The notes: generated by a model from the letters alone, not told the origin. DNA of 54,522 bases, filler included, from Squatina squatina (GCA_031763465.1; 2 parts of 2 records of this genome joined end to end with filler, not necessarily neighbours in it), one strand, 5' to 3'; positions 12,445 to 25,399 are shown, counted from the whole stretch's first letter. Translations and numbers: made by a program.

Positions 12445-12544
12445 NNNNNNNNNNNNNNNNNNNNNNNNNNNNNNNNNNNNNNNNNNNNNNNNNNNNNNNN
12501 NNNNNNNNNNNNNNNNNNNNNNNNNNNNNNNNNNNNNNNNNNNN

Positions 12545-15197
12545 AGATTCAGAACAGACCTAGCAGTTCAAAATGGGGCACCCATGGTGCTCTGTAGGCT
12601 ATTGGCAGCAGCAGAATGGCACACGACCACAATCTGTAATTCCCATGGCCAGGCATACTCCTCACTCTACCAGTACAATCAAGCCAGCGGGCCAACCCCA
12701 GTTCAAGGAGGAGTGCAGAAAAGCATTCCAAGTACAGCACCACACGTACCTAAAAAAGAGATGCCAACTTGGAGAAGCTGCAATATATGCGTGCTAAACA
12801 GCGGAAGCAATATGCTATAGAAAAAGCGCGGCGATCTCAAAATAAACTGTTCATGTTAAAGCTCTGCAGCCCTGCCTTATCAAATCGGGAGTGGTGGTGG
12901 ACAATTAAACAACTAACGTAAGGAGGATGCTTCATGACTAACCCAATCCTCATTGAAGATGGACCCCAAAACATGATTGCATAAGACAAGGCTGAATTAC
13001 TTGCAACCATCTACAACCAGAAATGCTGAGTGGATGATACATATCGTCGTCCTCCTCCTGAGATCCCCAGCATCACAGCAGCCAATCTTCACCCAATTAG
13101 ATTCACTTCACGTGCCATCAACAAACGGTTGAGCACATTGGGTACAGCAAAGGCAATGGGCCCTGGCAACATCCCGGCTGTCATGCGACAGACTTGTGCT
13201 CCAGAACTAGCCAGTTCTTTAGCCAAGCTGTACCACCACAGATACAAGATTGACATCTATCTGACAACGTAGAAATCATTCCAACTACGTCATGTACACA
13301 AAAAGCAGGACAAATCCAATCTGTCCAGTTAGCCCCGTACCAGTCTACTCGCAAACAGCAGCAAAGTGATGGAAAAGATTCGGTGAAAATGCCATCAAAT
13401 GGTACTTGCTCACCAATTACCTGCCCACAATAAAAAATTTGGGCTCCACCAGGCCACTCAGATCCAGACCTCATTAAAAACATAGACACAAGAGCTGCAT
13501 TCCAGAGTTGAGGTCAGAGTGACTGCTCTAATTTCAATGTGGCATTTAAGCAAGTGTGTCATCACGGGTCCCTAGTAGAATTGAGGCTAATAGGGATCTG
13601 TGGGCAAGCTCTACAATGGCTGGAGTCATACCTAGCACAAAGGACGATGGCTGTGGTTGTTGGAGGTCAACCTTCACAGCCTAAGATATTGCCTTAGGAG
13701 TTCCTCAGGGCAGTGTCCGAGACCCAACCATCATCAGCTGCTTCATTAATCCTTTCCAGCTTCATAACATCAGAAGTGGTTGTTCGCTGATGACTGTACA
13801 ATTTTCAATGCTATCTACCACTCGTCAGATAATGAAGCGGTCCATGCACACAAGCAGCGAGACCTGGAAGACATTCAGATTTGGGTGTATTATCGTCAAA
13901 CTTCAGAAACCACGCAGAGACTCAGATAAAGGCAACAATCATCTTATTCAAGCGAGTCACAGGGCGAGGTGCTCTTGGAAATCTCCAAGAACCACACTCT
14001 ACAAAACTACAAAAGTTCACATCTTTTATACACCTTTGGTCATGCACACACCTTCCAGTCCAGTCACTTTACAATCTGAATGTAAACAGACTAATATTTC
14101 TCCCCAGTTTGATCTCAGGACTTTTCCCTTCAGTTCTCGTTACCTTTACGAGGGGAATGTGACTTATTACCCCCGCGAGGCTGGCCTGGCTACCTTATTG
14201 ATGTATTGTGCCTGTCTTTGTTATTCTGACTGATGTGTTGTGTTCCATGGTACCAAGCTGTTAATACCTGACTTCTCACCTCGTGTCATGTTTATCACGA
14301 TGGTGTTTGGGGCTTAATGGTACTCCAGACATAACATCTCTCTCTCACTTCTCCATACTTCTTTGCTATTCTAATCTTAGCTAGCTTAGGTCAACATAAG
14401 ACATATGCTGTTCTTTGCCCTAAAAATGAGCTGTCATCTATGTGTTTTCTGTACTTTCAACATTAAACTCGTTCTCCTTTTAACCCCACTTGCCTAGTTC
14501 CTTTTTCAGAGCTACGTTTGGTGTTGGATTCACTAAATTAATATCAAAGCTTACTGAACTCATTCTCCTACCCCATCAAGCTGATCCGTGGCAAGTAATA
14601 TTAACGCTGCACATGTGCCATGTGATGACTATCTCCAGCACCCGTTGACATTCAACAGCATTACCATCGCGTAATACGCCACCATCAAAATCCTGGGGGT
14701 AACCTTTGAACAGAAGCTTAACTGGACCAGCCACATAAATATTATGGCAACAAGTGCAAGTCAGAGGTTGGGTGTTCCGGGGTGAGTGACTCATTTCCTG
14801 ACTCCCGAAGCCTTTCCACCATCTGCAAGGAACAAGTCAAGAGTGTGATTCAATACTCACCACATGCCTGAATGAGTGCAGCTCCAACAGCACTCAATAA
14901 GCTCGACACCATCAAGGACAGAGCAACTAGCTTGATTGGCACCCCATCCACCAACTTCAACATTCAGTCCCTCCACCACTCGCTGCAGTTTGTATCATCT
15001 CCAGGAGGTGCTGCTGCACTCGCCAATGTTTCTTTGGCAGCACCGCCCAAGTGCACAATCTCCAGCAGCTTGAAGGAGAAGTGCAGCAGATGCATGGGAA
15101 CACCGTCATGTGCAAGTTCTCCTCCAAGTTAAACTCCATCCTGACTTGGAAGTATATCGTGATTACTTCATTGACGCTGGGCCAAAACCCTGGAACT
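12545..15197 (+). mobile_element. Degenerate non-LTR LINE ORF2 (RT), a family distinct from the CR1 copies, interrupted by an LTR-like insert
   Basis: EWWWTIKQL, AKAMGPGNIPAV..CAPELASSLAKL, GVPQGSV.DP, FADDCT, and WMSAAPTALNKLDTI. Many stops and frameshifts. Confidence 0.85.
13886..14578 (-). mobile_element. Solo-LTR-like element, copy 2 (~690 bp)
   Basis: TG...CA termini. It splits the LINE at 'attcagatttggg | agctgatccgtggcaagta'. The minus strand has TATAAAAG (~14030) and an AATAAG signal (~13945). Confidence 0.65.
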
Positions 15198-15980
15198 NNN
15201 NNNNNNNNNNNNNNNNNNNNNNNNNNNNNNNNNNNNNNNNNNNNNNNNNNNNNNNNNNNNNNNNNNNNNNNNNNNNNNNNNNNNNNNNNNNNNNNNNTAG
15301 TACACAGTGCATTTACCCACTGAGCTCTCGAGGGATTTTAATTCCTTTTTATAAGTGAATGTTTTTACTTTTACCAATCAATTGCTTTGTTTAAAATTTT
15401 TTTTATTAACTGGTCGTTAATTCATTTCACACAATCTAATTTTCGATCTAGGGCATTGCTATCAATGTGGGTCACAGTAAAAATAGCAGAATATGATGGG
15501 AGTTGAATAAGGAATGGCTGGTATGGTAATGTCATCATGAAGGAGCCAGTCTAGCTGCACAGAAACCAAACAGAGGACTGGACACTGATCAGGTCACCTA
15601 GGGCTGAAGAACTGAAGATGACGGGCAGTAAAAGTGTGGAACTAACTGCCTGAGAAGGGCAGAAACTATTGAGGTGTTTAAACGGAAGCTGTAAACTTAC
15701 CTGGGAAGTAAGTGTATGTGAGGTTCTGGAGAAAAGGCAGGGGATTCAGATCACGGAGATAAAGTTCCCGTGGCTGACAGAAATGGCAGAGTGGACTAGT
15801 TGGGGCAAATCGCCCATTTCTGTACTACTCCATGGCTTGGCTTGTTGGCCTTCCAACAAGCTGAACCACTGTCCTTGGGAAGGGACGGGGGAAACAATGG
15901 GAGAAGGGTAAATTCTTTTGGCTAAGATTTAGCAGAAACGTTGCCTTTTTAAAAAAAAAAATCTCTCTCCAAATATTTAG

Positions 15981-16215
15981 GTGAGTGTTTCAATGGCTGG
16001 CTGGAACCTTTGCTGGGAAGAATAGCTGCAAATTACACTGCCGTGGTGAGCCCGGACATCACTACCATTGACCTCAATACCTTTGAGGTATCCAAACTTG
16101 TCCAGTATGGAAGGCAGCACAACCGGGGTAACTTTGACTGGAGTTTGTCATTTGGCTGGGAGGCCATTCCACCTCATGAGCGAGAAAGAAGAAAAGATGA
16201 AACCTATCCCATCAA
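15981..16215 (+). CDS. GALNT6: Polypeptide N-acetylgalactosaminyltransferase internal exon (GALNT6/GALNT3 subfamily)
   Basis: AG/GT-bounded exon encoding (C)[68 protein letters not shown], which is characteristic of GALNT3/GALNT6. The 6-versus-3 choice is tentative. Confidence 0.85.
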
Positions 16216-17104
16216 GTGAGTGTTTTGTGTGTTCAGTGGTTTTAATTGAATTTTTGTGCTCAATACGACTAGGGCTGAGAAATGGGCCAGAATTTTGCCG
16301 GCGCTCAGAGGTGGGTTTGGGGCAGGCCCGCTAGCAAAATGGCCCTGATTGGCAGCGGGTCCAATTGCCACTCCGATCAGTTTCCTAGCTGTCGGGTTCT
16401 GTGCTCTGCCAAACCCGACAGCAAGCGGCGGGCCAGATCGTTGAGGCACTTAACAGCTCTTTGAGGCTAATTAAGGTTTATTAAAAATGGAGAAGTCCTA
16501 CTTTGCCAGCTACTGTAGGATTACCAGTTGCTCCTTGAACCTGTCGTGTAAGTGGAGTCATGTTCAGTCAGTTTCCATTCCTTTGACTAATTCACAGCTG
16601 CTAAAGTTGCACAAAAGCTACCATTCACAGCTGTTCACTTTCCAATGCCTTCAGGATTTGGAACTTACCTTTCAGCTGCATGCAGTTTTGAAGAGTTTGC
16701 AGCGAACTCTCAGCTGTCAGCTNNNNNNNNNNNNNNNNNNNNNNNNNNNNNNNNNNNNNNNNNNNNNNNNNNNNNNNNNNNNNNNNNNNNNNNNNNNNNN
16801 NNNNNNNNNNNNNNNNNNNNNNGATGTTAGATGGCTACAATCTTTTTGTAATTAGGTCCATTTTTATTCTTGAAGGGATACATACAGACCATGGGATTCA
16901 CTCTTTAAATGAAAAAAAATTAAAATGTTTCCTCCCATGTTTTACTGCAGCATGCAAAGGATTAATAAACCAACATTACTGGAAATTGACTAGTGTATAT
17001 GTCTAATAAAGGAAATTCGGTATTTAAATTAAAGCCTTTATGTCGCCTTTTACGTTTCCACATTGGCTAACAGCCCTGTTGCCTAACTTCCTTTNNNNNN
17101 NNNN

Positions 17105-17287
17105 CAGTTGGAAATCATTCCCTGCTCGGTGGTGGGCCACGTGTTCCGTAACAAGAGCCCTCACAGCTTCCCGAAAGGTGTGCAGGTAATTGCCCGCAAC
17201 CAAGTGCGCCTGGCTGAGGTCTGGATGGATCACTACAAGGAGCTGTTTTATAGGAGGAACCAGCAGGCACTGAAGATGGCCCAGGAG
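17105..17287 (+). CDS. GALNT6: GALNT6/GALNT3-type exon (5' end hidden in a 10-N gap)
   Basis: [61 protein letters not shown], then GT. The KMAQE ending and EIIPC are closer to GALNT6 as I recall it. Confidence 0.85.
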
Positions 17288-17631
17288 GTGGGTGACACAA
17301 CTGCAGTTATTTTTTTCTGAAACCATATAAATTGTTTTTAATTTTTTTTTTCTCCCAATGCTTGGCGACTGGGGATTTCTGCGAGTAGATCCTATTCCCT
17401 GCATTCCAGACACTTACTTTCTTAGAATCTAACTTTAGCATAGTTGCGTATCCCGAGGGGTTAATCATTGCCTCAATTACAGCATGCTTCTTATTGAATT
17501 TAAATGGTCTCATATTGCACTACTAGACACCNNNNNNNNNNNNNNNNNNNNNNNNNNNNNNNNNNNNNNNNNNNNNNNNNNNNNNNNNNNNNNNNNNNNN
17601 NNNNNNNNNNNNNNNNNNNNNNNNNNNNNNN

Positions 17632-18150
17632 TTTGGCGCTGGATGGTCCGTTGAACGTGGAGGCTGATGGGGTGAAGGTGAGGATAAGGGCAATGCTACG
17701 GTGGTTCTGGAAAGACTGGGAATGGGTGAGAGCAGAACTACGGGACATAGATTGGTGAAGGTCGAGGACCTGGTCGACAATGGGGGAGGGCAATGCTCGC
17801 TAAAGGGAAAAAAAAAACCTATGAGAACCGCTGGAATTGAAGGTGGTGTCATCAGAACAGATGCAACAGAGATGGAGAAACTGGCTGAAGGGAAATGAGT
17901 ACTTACAGGTAGCCAGGTGGGAGGAAGTGTAGTTCAGTTAGCTGTGGCAGTCACTGGGATTAGAGCATATCTTTGGCAGCAGCCCATCACCAGCAATAGA
18001 GACAGAGAGGTTGATAATAGGACGCGAAGGTTCGGAGATGGATCAAGATAAGCAGAGGGAAGTGTGGATATTGCAGGCACAGTGAATGACATTTTCTTGT
18101 TCATCACAAGAGCAGTAAATGGCACCGATACAGTCATCAATGTATACCTG
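17632..18150 (-). mobile_element. Penelope-like retroelement RT fragment (degenerate)
   Basis: Minus strand reads RYIDDCIGA..SISEPS..LSVSIAGD..DCHS*LNYTSSH..KYSFPFSQFLHLCCICSDDTT, which are Penelope-type RT/thumb motifs. Confidence 0.75.
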
Positions 18151-19293
18151 TGTTTTTGGCTCAGAATTTGTGGTCTGATGCCTCCTGTGTGCAGATGGCT
18201 CCATGCAAAATATTTCTCCAAACCTATCTTGGTTCCTGTACGTTCGGTCGCTTCAGCTCCTGGTCCTCTCTGGTTTCCTCTGCTTTGTGGGCATCGCATT
18301 GTATCCATATCGCAGTTTGGAGACCTCGGTGTGGTCACGTGGTCGGGCCCAGCCAATCAAGGTAAGTGTAATCCCGCTCATACTAAGGGGTATTATGTAC
18401 ATTCGTCATCAGCATAAGTATGGATGGGGATACACCCCAAAATGCACAATCAAAAAATAAATTAAACAAAAGAACAATTACAGGGTAAAATTAACCTAAA
18501 TGGTATTTAATAAATGATTTCAAAGTAAAACATTCGATTTTTAAATTAATACATTTATATTCATTAAATTGACTCAAATACACTGACATTATTTGACAAG
18601 ATTTTAAATGTTTGTATCCCTGAATCTTTTTGCATGTTTTCAAAGAATGAGAGAAATTAGCCCACCTTCACCAACGGAGGCTCTTTACTCTCGAATGAGG
18701 TCGGCCTGTGAAGAGAATGCCGGACAGATCACAATTTCTGGGTTTAGAGACATGTGCAGTGTATCCATAAAACCAGAACTAGCTGCGCCTCTACGGGACC
18801 GTGCACACCTCCAACACACCTGTAGCGACTGGGGTTACATGGTTTCTTGTGGATTTGTGAGTGAATTTCATTGCACAAAGAATGTGTTTGACAGTGTTTT
18901 AATATGTGCAGGTTGCCATTGAATTCTGCTATTAAATACACAGTGACGGCAGTAATATTTACAGGTCATTTCTCCCTCTATGATTCTAAATATTAGCCAA
19001 GCGTCTGGATCTATATTTTGTTGCTTACTGTCGGACATTAGTCATGTAATAATATTGACAGATTGTGTCAGTGGATTTGTTAAAATTAACCTGTGCACTC
19101 AGCCCGAGTGTCAATATTACTGACGTCAATGGGAGTGTTTTACAATTCACAGATTGCCTCTGGCGATGGGTTATGAAGCACACTGTCAGTGAGAGTGGTA
19201 ATATTAACCTCTATCACAGGCCCCTCTGTGCAGAGAGATCAGGTCATAAGATGTGATTGGATTCGGATTCTGGAAATTCTACAGTTCTGTTCT

Positions 19294-20473
19294 TCATTTA
19301 TTACATTTACCAATTAGAGAGAATGAATATATCCCCATATTGTTCAACTGCTCTCTGAATATATACTTGGTCACAGCATAAATAGAAGTGTTTGTGCAGC
19401 AACTCAGGATCTCGAGCAACAAACCCAGTAATTGTACCAAAGTCAGGAGATGTGCAGATGATACCCCCAAAACCATATTCCGCTCGATACAGAAAGCACC
19501 ATAAAGACTGATGCGAACAGTGTGAAAATTCCAGAGACAACAAACAGTAAAGTGATAGATTTCCTTTGGCTCTCTATCTCTGTATCTCTTGAAATATTCC
19601 TACTGCTGGGCCCCCGAAGTTAGCTGCGGGCTATACTGGCCACTACAATATGTCTGATGTTTAAAGCATTGAGGAGCTTAATAAAAACAAATACGACACA
19701 GTGGGTTAAAATATCACAAAGAAGTTGAATTGCTCCCCAGATCTTTCTTCGCTGAACTTTGACTGTGATATCACAAAATCACTGGATATTCACAAGGCAA
19801 TATTTATCAGTTAACATAAAATAGCAGGTAATGTTCTTTAAAAACGTCAGCACACTCACTATTCCCTGAACCACAGCCACCGTTTACTTGCTGCAATGTT
19901 TACTTTTCCACTTCTGGCAACAAATGTGCACAAATCGATCAAAGATGAAAGTGACGGTGAACCAGACATAACTGTCTGTTGATGCACCAAGAAGGACAGC
20001 GTGGATATTACACATGGGGATGGAATACACGAAAATAAATTGTTCCCAAAAAATATTCTGAATCTGCCTCAGTATCAGCTCGGTGTCAGCAACCAATAGA
20101 TGTGCCACTGCCATGCCAACAGTTAGTGACACATTTGGAATTAACGCACTTTCCCCGAGACAAGATCATAATCATCCTTATATCAACTGTTAGGAAAGGA
20201 AATGCACAGGAAAATTGCACATCAGTCTGGGAGAAAAGTTATCACTTTGATGGTGTAATTATCGTGAATTAAAAACTGGTTACTTTATCCAATGATGTAT
20301 TGGAATGGTTGTGCCTGTGACAGCGTTACCTGCTGGAGACAGGGATACTCGTTCATCGAAATCAAACATTAAATGTAATTCAATATTTGGAAGAAACAGC
20401 ACACGAGTGATAGCAGTTTATCAGATATATGATCTTGGTCACTGCTGGACTGACAGATTCTTTCAAACTCCAT
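19294..20473 (-). pseudogene. GPR139/GPR142-like class A GPCR pseudogene (putative exon 1 20330-20473, exon 2 ~19294-20186)
   Basis: After the acceptor tttcctaacag: ILSRGKCVNSKCVT (frameshift) VGMAVAHLLV..CNIHAVLL.ASTDSYVWFTVTFIFDRFVHICCQKWKSKHC*..LLNALNIRHIVVAS..ESQRKSITLLFVVSG..LSCCTNTSIYAVTKYIFREQL. Several stops and frameshifts. Confidence 0.85.
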
Positions 20474-20651
20474 TAAAAATAGCTGAGAGTTGCAACAAAT
20501 AACAAGGACCACAAGAGGTTAGCTTCAGCTAGCGATGTAGAAATGAGCTCAGTGATTCTGTGTTAGTGTGGGGGGAATTAGTGCAGGTTCCTGTTCCTGA
20601 ACATTATCCAATGAATAAGAATTTTACTTACTTGTCTTTTATTGCTGCGAA

Positions 20652-21272
20652 TGATAAAACCGACAGTTGGACCAACTCGATCAAAACAACTTTGAAATGA
20701 TTATTAAACACATGCATCCTCATAGTTTAACAAACAAGTCAGTAATGTGCAGGTGTTATCCAGATGTTACATCTCGTTTCTCCCTTCTGGCGGGGGCTGC
20801 GCTGAATCGGGATCCTTCGCTTGTCTTTTTGTCCTGTTCTGATCTTTAGGGAAAACTCTTGCGTCCTTCCTCACTGGTTGTCCTTCTCCACTGTGCGGTC
20901 AGTACTTGGTGTCCCTCTCTTGTACCTTTTTGCTCACCTCGTGCACAATCCTATTGGGCTCGGCATTTGGGCCTCAGCTCTTGCACAAGGCTTGGCCTAT
21001 AATGTCCTTTTGTTAAAAAATGATTTAGCTGCTGCTGGACCATGATTGGATTATTCTGTAGTCTGGCACCCTTTAATAACTCAGGTGTGTGCACATTTTA
21101 TCACTTCCTGTCCAAATTCTGCGGTGCTCATTGTGTCACTTCCTGCTGCAGGCTGGTCTCATCAGACGTCGCCGATTCAGTGAAAATGCAGAGAAGTTCT
21201 TTCTGTGTGGTGTTTATAACAGCAGGAAGTCGTTTTATATATTGATACCCTTTCCACGTTGTTTTTCCTACA
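20652..21272 (-). mobile_element. LTR-like element, paralog of 11351-12130
   Basis: Reverse-complement homology; TG..CA ends; only ~2 units of the 35-bp repeat. Confidence 0.5.
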
Positions 21273-21279
21273 AGGACAA

Positions 21280-21700
21280 AGAAAGTACACACGAAAGAAT
21301 CAAGCAATAATAAAGGAACACAATAAAAAAGCACGCAAGATGGATAGAATTAGATCAAGAAAGATAGAAAATAAGAAAGAGCGAATGAAAGAAACAAAGA
21401 CAGAAAGATAGAAAGAAAGACATCAACAAAGACAGCAAAAAGAAAGGAAAGAATGATAGTATAACAGCAAGAACGAAAGAAAGAAGGAAATAAATTTGGA
21501 AATAAAAGAAAATTAAAAAAGCAGCAAGTCAAGAAGAAACGAAAAAAGAAAGAAGGAAATAAATAAAGAAAGAATGAAATAAAGCATGACAGAAAAAACG
21601 AAAGAAGGAAAGACGGAAGGAAAAAAGCATGAACAAGAGAAAGAAATAAGAAAGGAGATGAAAGATGAAAAGAAAGAAAGACAATAAGATAGAAAGAAGT
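21280..21700. repeat. Polypurine (GAAA-rich) tract
   Basis: A/G-rich; paralog of 10900-11350. Confidence 0.9.
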
Positions 21701-21769
21701 ACATTGGTACATACGAACAGATGATTGGGGCCAGAGTCGGCCATTCGGCCCCCCGAGCCTGGCGAGAAT

Positions 21770-22610
21770 GAGGAACGTAAAGAAATTAGTATTTGTGAAA
21801 AAATAGTACAAGAGAAATAAATGGGACAAACATTCAATACCTACGGATGAATTACATCCCAGGGGTTGGAATCAGGTGGATATGGAGACAGTGGTGCATT
21901 GGTTGTCAACTTTCAAAATTCTATAGACCATCGAACAATTCCTGCAGATCGGAAGGTGGCTAATTTAACGCCACTATTTAAAAAACGAGAGAGAAAACAG
22001 GGAATTACAGACAGGTTAGGCTCACATCAGTTGTAATGAAAATGCTGCACGCTATCATAAAGAATGTAATAACAGGACACCTGGAAAATAATAATCGGAT
22101 TGGGCAGAGTCAACATGGATTTATGAAAGGTCAATCATTTTTGACAAATCTATTGGAATTCTTTGAGGATGTAACTGATAGAGTAGCTAAGGGGGAACCA
22201 GTGGATGTGGACTTTCAGAAGGCTTTCGATAAGATCTCACAAAGGAGTTTGGGAACAAAGTTAGAGGACATGGAATTGCAGTAATATACTGGCAGGAATA
22301 TGAGAATTGGTAAACAGACAGAAAACATAGCGTATGAATAAGCGGGTCTTTTCAGGTTGGCAGGCAGTGACAACTGGTTAGCACAGAGTTAGAAACATAA
22401 AAACATCGAAGATATGAGCAGGAACAGGCCATTCGGCCCTTCAAACCTGAACACTGTTCCTGTTTTCTCCCCGTATTGCTTGATCCCTTTCGCCTTTGGA
22501 GCTATATCTAACACTCTCTTGAATATATTTAATTTATTGGCCTAAGCTGTCTTCTATGTTAGAGAATTCCACTGGTCCACCACGCTCTAGATGAAGAAAT
22601 TCCTATTCAT
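21770..22610 (+). mobile_element. CR1-type RT fragment (+) followed by an inverted CR1 3' fragment (22392-22610)
   Basis: IGQSQHGFMKGQSFLTNLLEFFEDVTDRVAKGEPVDVDFQKAFDKI (22036-22284); paralog of 9980-10845. Confidence 0.85.
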
Positions 22611-23590
22611 CTTGAAAAAAAACGGAAAAATGCAAGAAAGATAGAAAGAAAGAAAATGAAGAAAAGGAAGGAAATAAAGAAATAGAAAAGTGAACAGGAA
22701 AGAAAGAAGGGCAGAAAGAAAGAATGAAATTAAGATAGAAGGAAAGAGGGAAAGAAAAAAAGTCAATGAAAAGCCAAAATGAAATAAAATAAATTATCGA
22801 AAAATGGATGCAAATAAATTAGAAAGATAGAAAAATGGAAAAATGCAAGAAAGGAACACATAAAGAAGGGGGGAAGAAAGAAATGGAAAAAGCAGAGAAG
22901 AAAGTAAAAATTCAAGAAAAAAAGAAAGTCAGAAATAGAGAAGCAAAGGAAGAAAAGCAAAAAATGAAGAAATGAAAATGGAAGTAAAGAAAAAAATCAG
23001 AAACGATAGGAAGAAAGAGAAAATGAAAGAAATGAAGAATGAAAGAAGGAAGGAAAGAAAGAAAGGAAGAGAAAATCAAGAAAGATGGAATGAAAGGAAA
23101 AACAAAAATTAAGACGGAAAAAAGAAATAAATTAAAACGAAAATTAACATATCTGGAACCAAAGAAAATGAAAGGAAGAAGAAAGCAAAGAAAGAAAGGA
23201 AAATCAAGAAAGACAGCAAAAAGCAAGAACCAAATAAATAAGGAAAGAAAAAAAACAGGATGGGAAACAAGAAAGTAAATAAAAGACAGAAAAAAAGTAA
23301 GAAGGAAGGAAAAAGAAAGAATGAAAGAATGAAAAAGATGTAAAGAAAGAAAGCAGGACAGATAGAAATAGACAGAAGGAAAGAAAGACAGAACAGAAAG
23401 AAAGTAAGAAGGAAATATAGGAAAAAAAACAAAGATGGAAAGTTAGAAAGCAGAAGAATGCTGAAAATAAAGGAAGAAGGAAGGAAGGAAAGAAAGAAAG
23501 TGAAAAACCAAGAAAGAATGAATAGGCAGAAATAATAATGTAAAGAAAGCAACCAAGATAGAAAGAAAGAAAGAGGAAAACAAATCTAGA
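22610..23590. repeat. Polypurine (GAAA-rich) tract
   Basis: A/G-rich; paralog of 9000-9980. Confidence 0.9.
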
Positions 23591-23599
23591 AAGATAGTA

Positions 23600-25284
23600 T
23601 GGGAGCTGAATATTCAAGGCTATTCGACATTTAGGATTGAAAGGCAAAATGGATATGGAGCTGGGGAAGCGCTATTGGTGAAGCAGGAGGTCAGTTCAAT
23701 GGTGAGGAAGGGACTTGTATGGGAAGCTCGTGACGTAGAATCTGGTTGGGTGGAGATAAAAACAACAAGTGGCAGAAAACATTGTGCAGACTTGTTTACA
23801 GGACACCAAGTCGTGGTGGTAATGCAGGGCACGGTATAAATCAGGAGATTGGAGGTGCATATATCAAGCATCCTACAGAAATCACGGGGGACTATAATCT
23901 ACATATAGACTGGACAAACGAAATTAGCACTAATAATGTGGAGGAAGAATTCCTGGATTGTATACGAGAAGGTATTCTGGACCAGTACGTTGAGGACCAA
24001 ACCCAAAGTCTATTTTGATCTTGGATTGTGCAATGAGAAAGTACTAAATAATAATATTGCTGCAAAAGGGCCTTCAGTGAAGAGTGACACTATAATCACA
24101 GAATTTATATGCGTTTTGAAAGTGATGTTGTTGAATCCTAAACTAGGGTCTGAAATATGAACAGAGGGAGATAAGATGGTCTGAGGGGCGAGTGAACTTT
24201 GGTAGATTGTGAAACTAAATTAAAAGTTATGACGGTAGACAGGTAACAGCGATCATTTAAAGATTTGATCCATAATTTACAAGAAACATAAATCCTTTAA
24301 GGCAAAAAAAAACAACAGGAAAATGGGTCAACCGTGGTTAAAAAGAGAAGTTTAACATATTTTTCGATAAAAAAAATGCTTTCAGCCTGAGGAATGGAAA
24401 TATTTTAGAAATCAGCAAAAGAGGACCGAGAAATTGATCAAGGAAGTGAAATGAGAATAAGAGATTAAACTCGCAAGTAACATTGAAACAGACTGTAAAA
24501 GCTTCTATTGGCGTGTAAAAAGGAATAGGTTGGTGAAAGCAAACGTGCGTTTCTTCCAAGCAGAAACAGTAGAATTTATCATGAGGAATAAGATAGTGGC
24601 AGATAAATTTAACATGTACCTTTTGCCTGGCTTCATGGAGGAAGAAACAAAAACCTGCCAGAAATAATGACAACATGGTGACTAGTGACAAGGAGGAACT
24701 GAAATAATTTGGTATCAGTAAAAAAAAAGTACTGGTGCAATTAAGGGGACTGTGCGTTGATAAATCTCCAGAACCAGAAGATCTCCATCTGAGCGTTTTG
24801 AAAGAGGTGCCTACAGACATAGTGGATGTGTTGGCTGCACCCTTCCAAAATTCCATATATTTTAGAACGATTCCTGCAGATAAGAAGGTAGCAACTGTAG
24901 TCCCAATATTTAAGGAAGGAGCGAGAGAGAAAATAGGGAACTATATATCTCAGTCATGGGGTGAAGGCCAGCATCTATGAAAAAGTATGCGATAACAGGA
25001 CATTTCGGAAATAATAATAGCATTGGACTGAGTCAACATGGATTTCTGGCAGGGAAATCATGTTCAACAAAAATGTTGGATTTGTTTTGGGTGTAACTCG
25101 AAGAATAGGTAAGAGATATGGTGTGATTGGATTTTCAGAATGCTATCGATAAGGTTTCACTCAAGAGGTTAGTAAACACAATTAGAGCTCACAGGATTGG
25201 AAGTCTTATATTGGCATGGATTGAGAATTGGTTAACAGACAGATGACAGGGAGTAGGAATAAACGGGTCATTTTCTGTTTGGCA
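23600..25284 (+). mobile_element. CR1-type LINE ORF2 (endonuclease to RT), degenerate
   Basis: VYRTP..GDYNLHIDW..EEEFLDCIREGILDQYVE; VDKSPEPEDLHLSVLKEV..FQNS..ATVVPIFKEG. Paralog of 7349-8995. Confidence 0.85.
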
Positions 25285-25399
25285 NNNNNNNNNNNNNNNN
25301 NNNNNNNNNNNNNNNNNNNNNNNNNNNNNNNNNNNNNNNNNNNNNNNNNNNNNNNNNNNNNNNNNNNNNNNNNNNNNNNNNNNNATCTTTTCTATGGTT

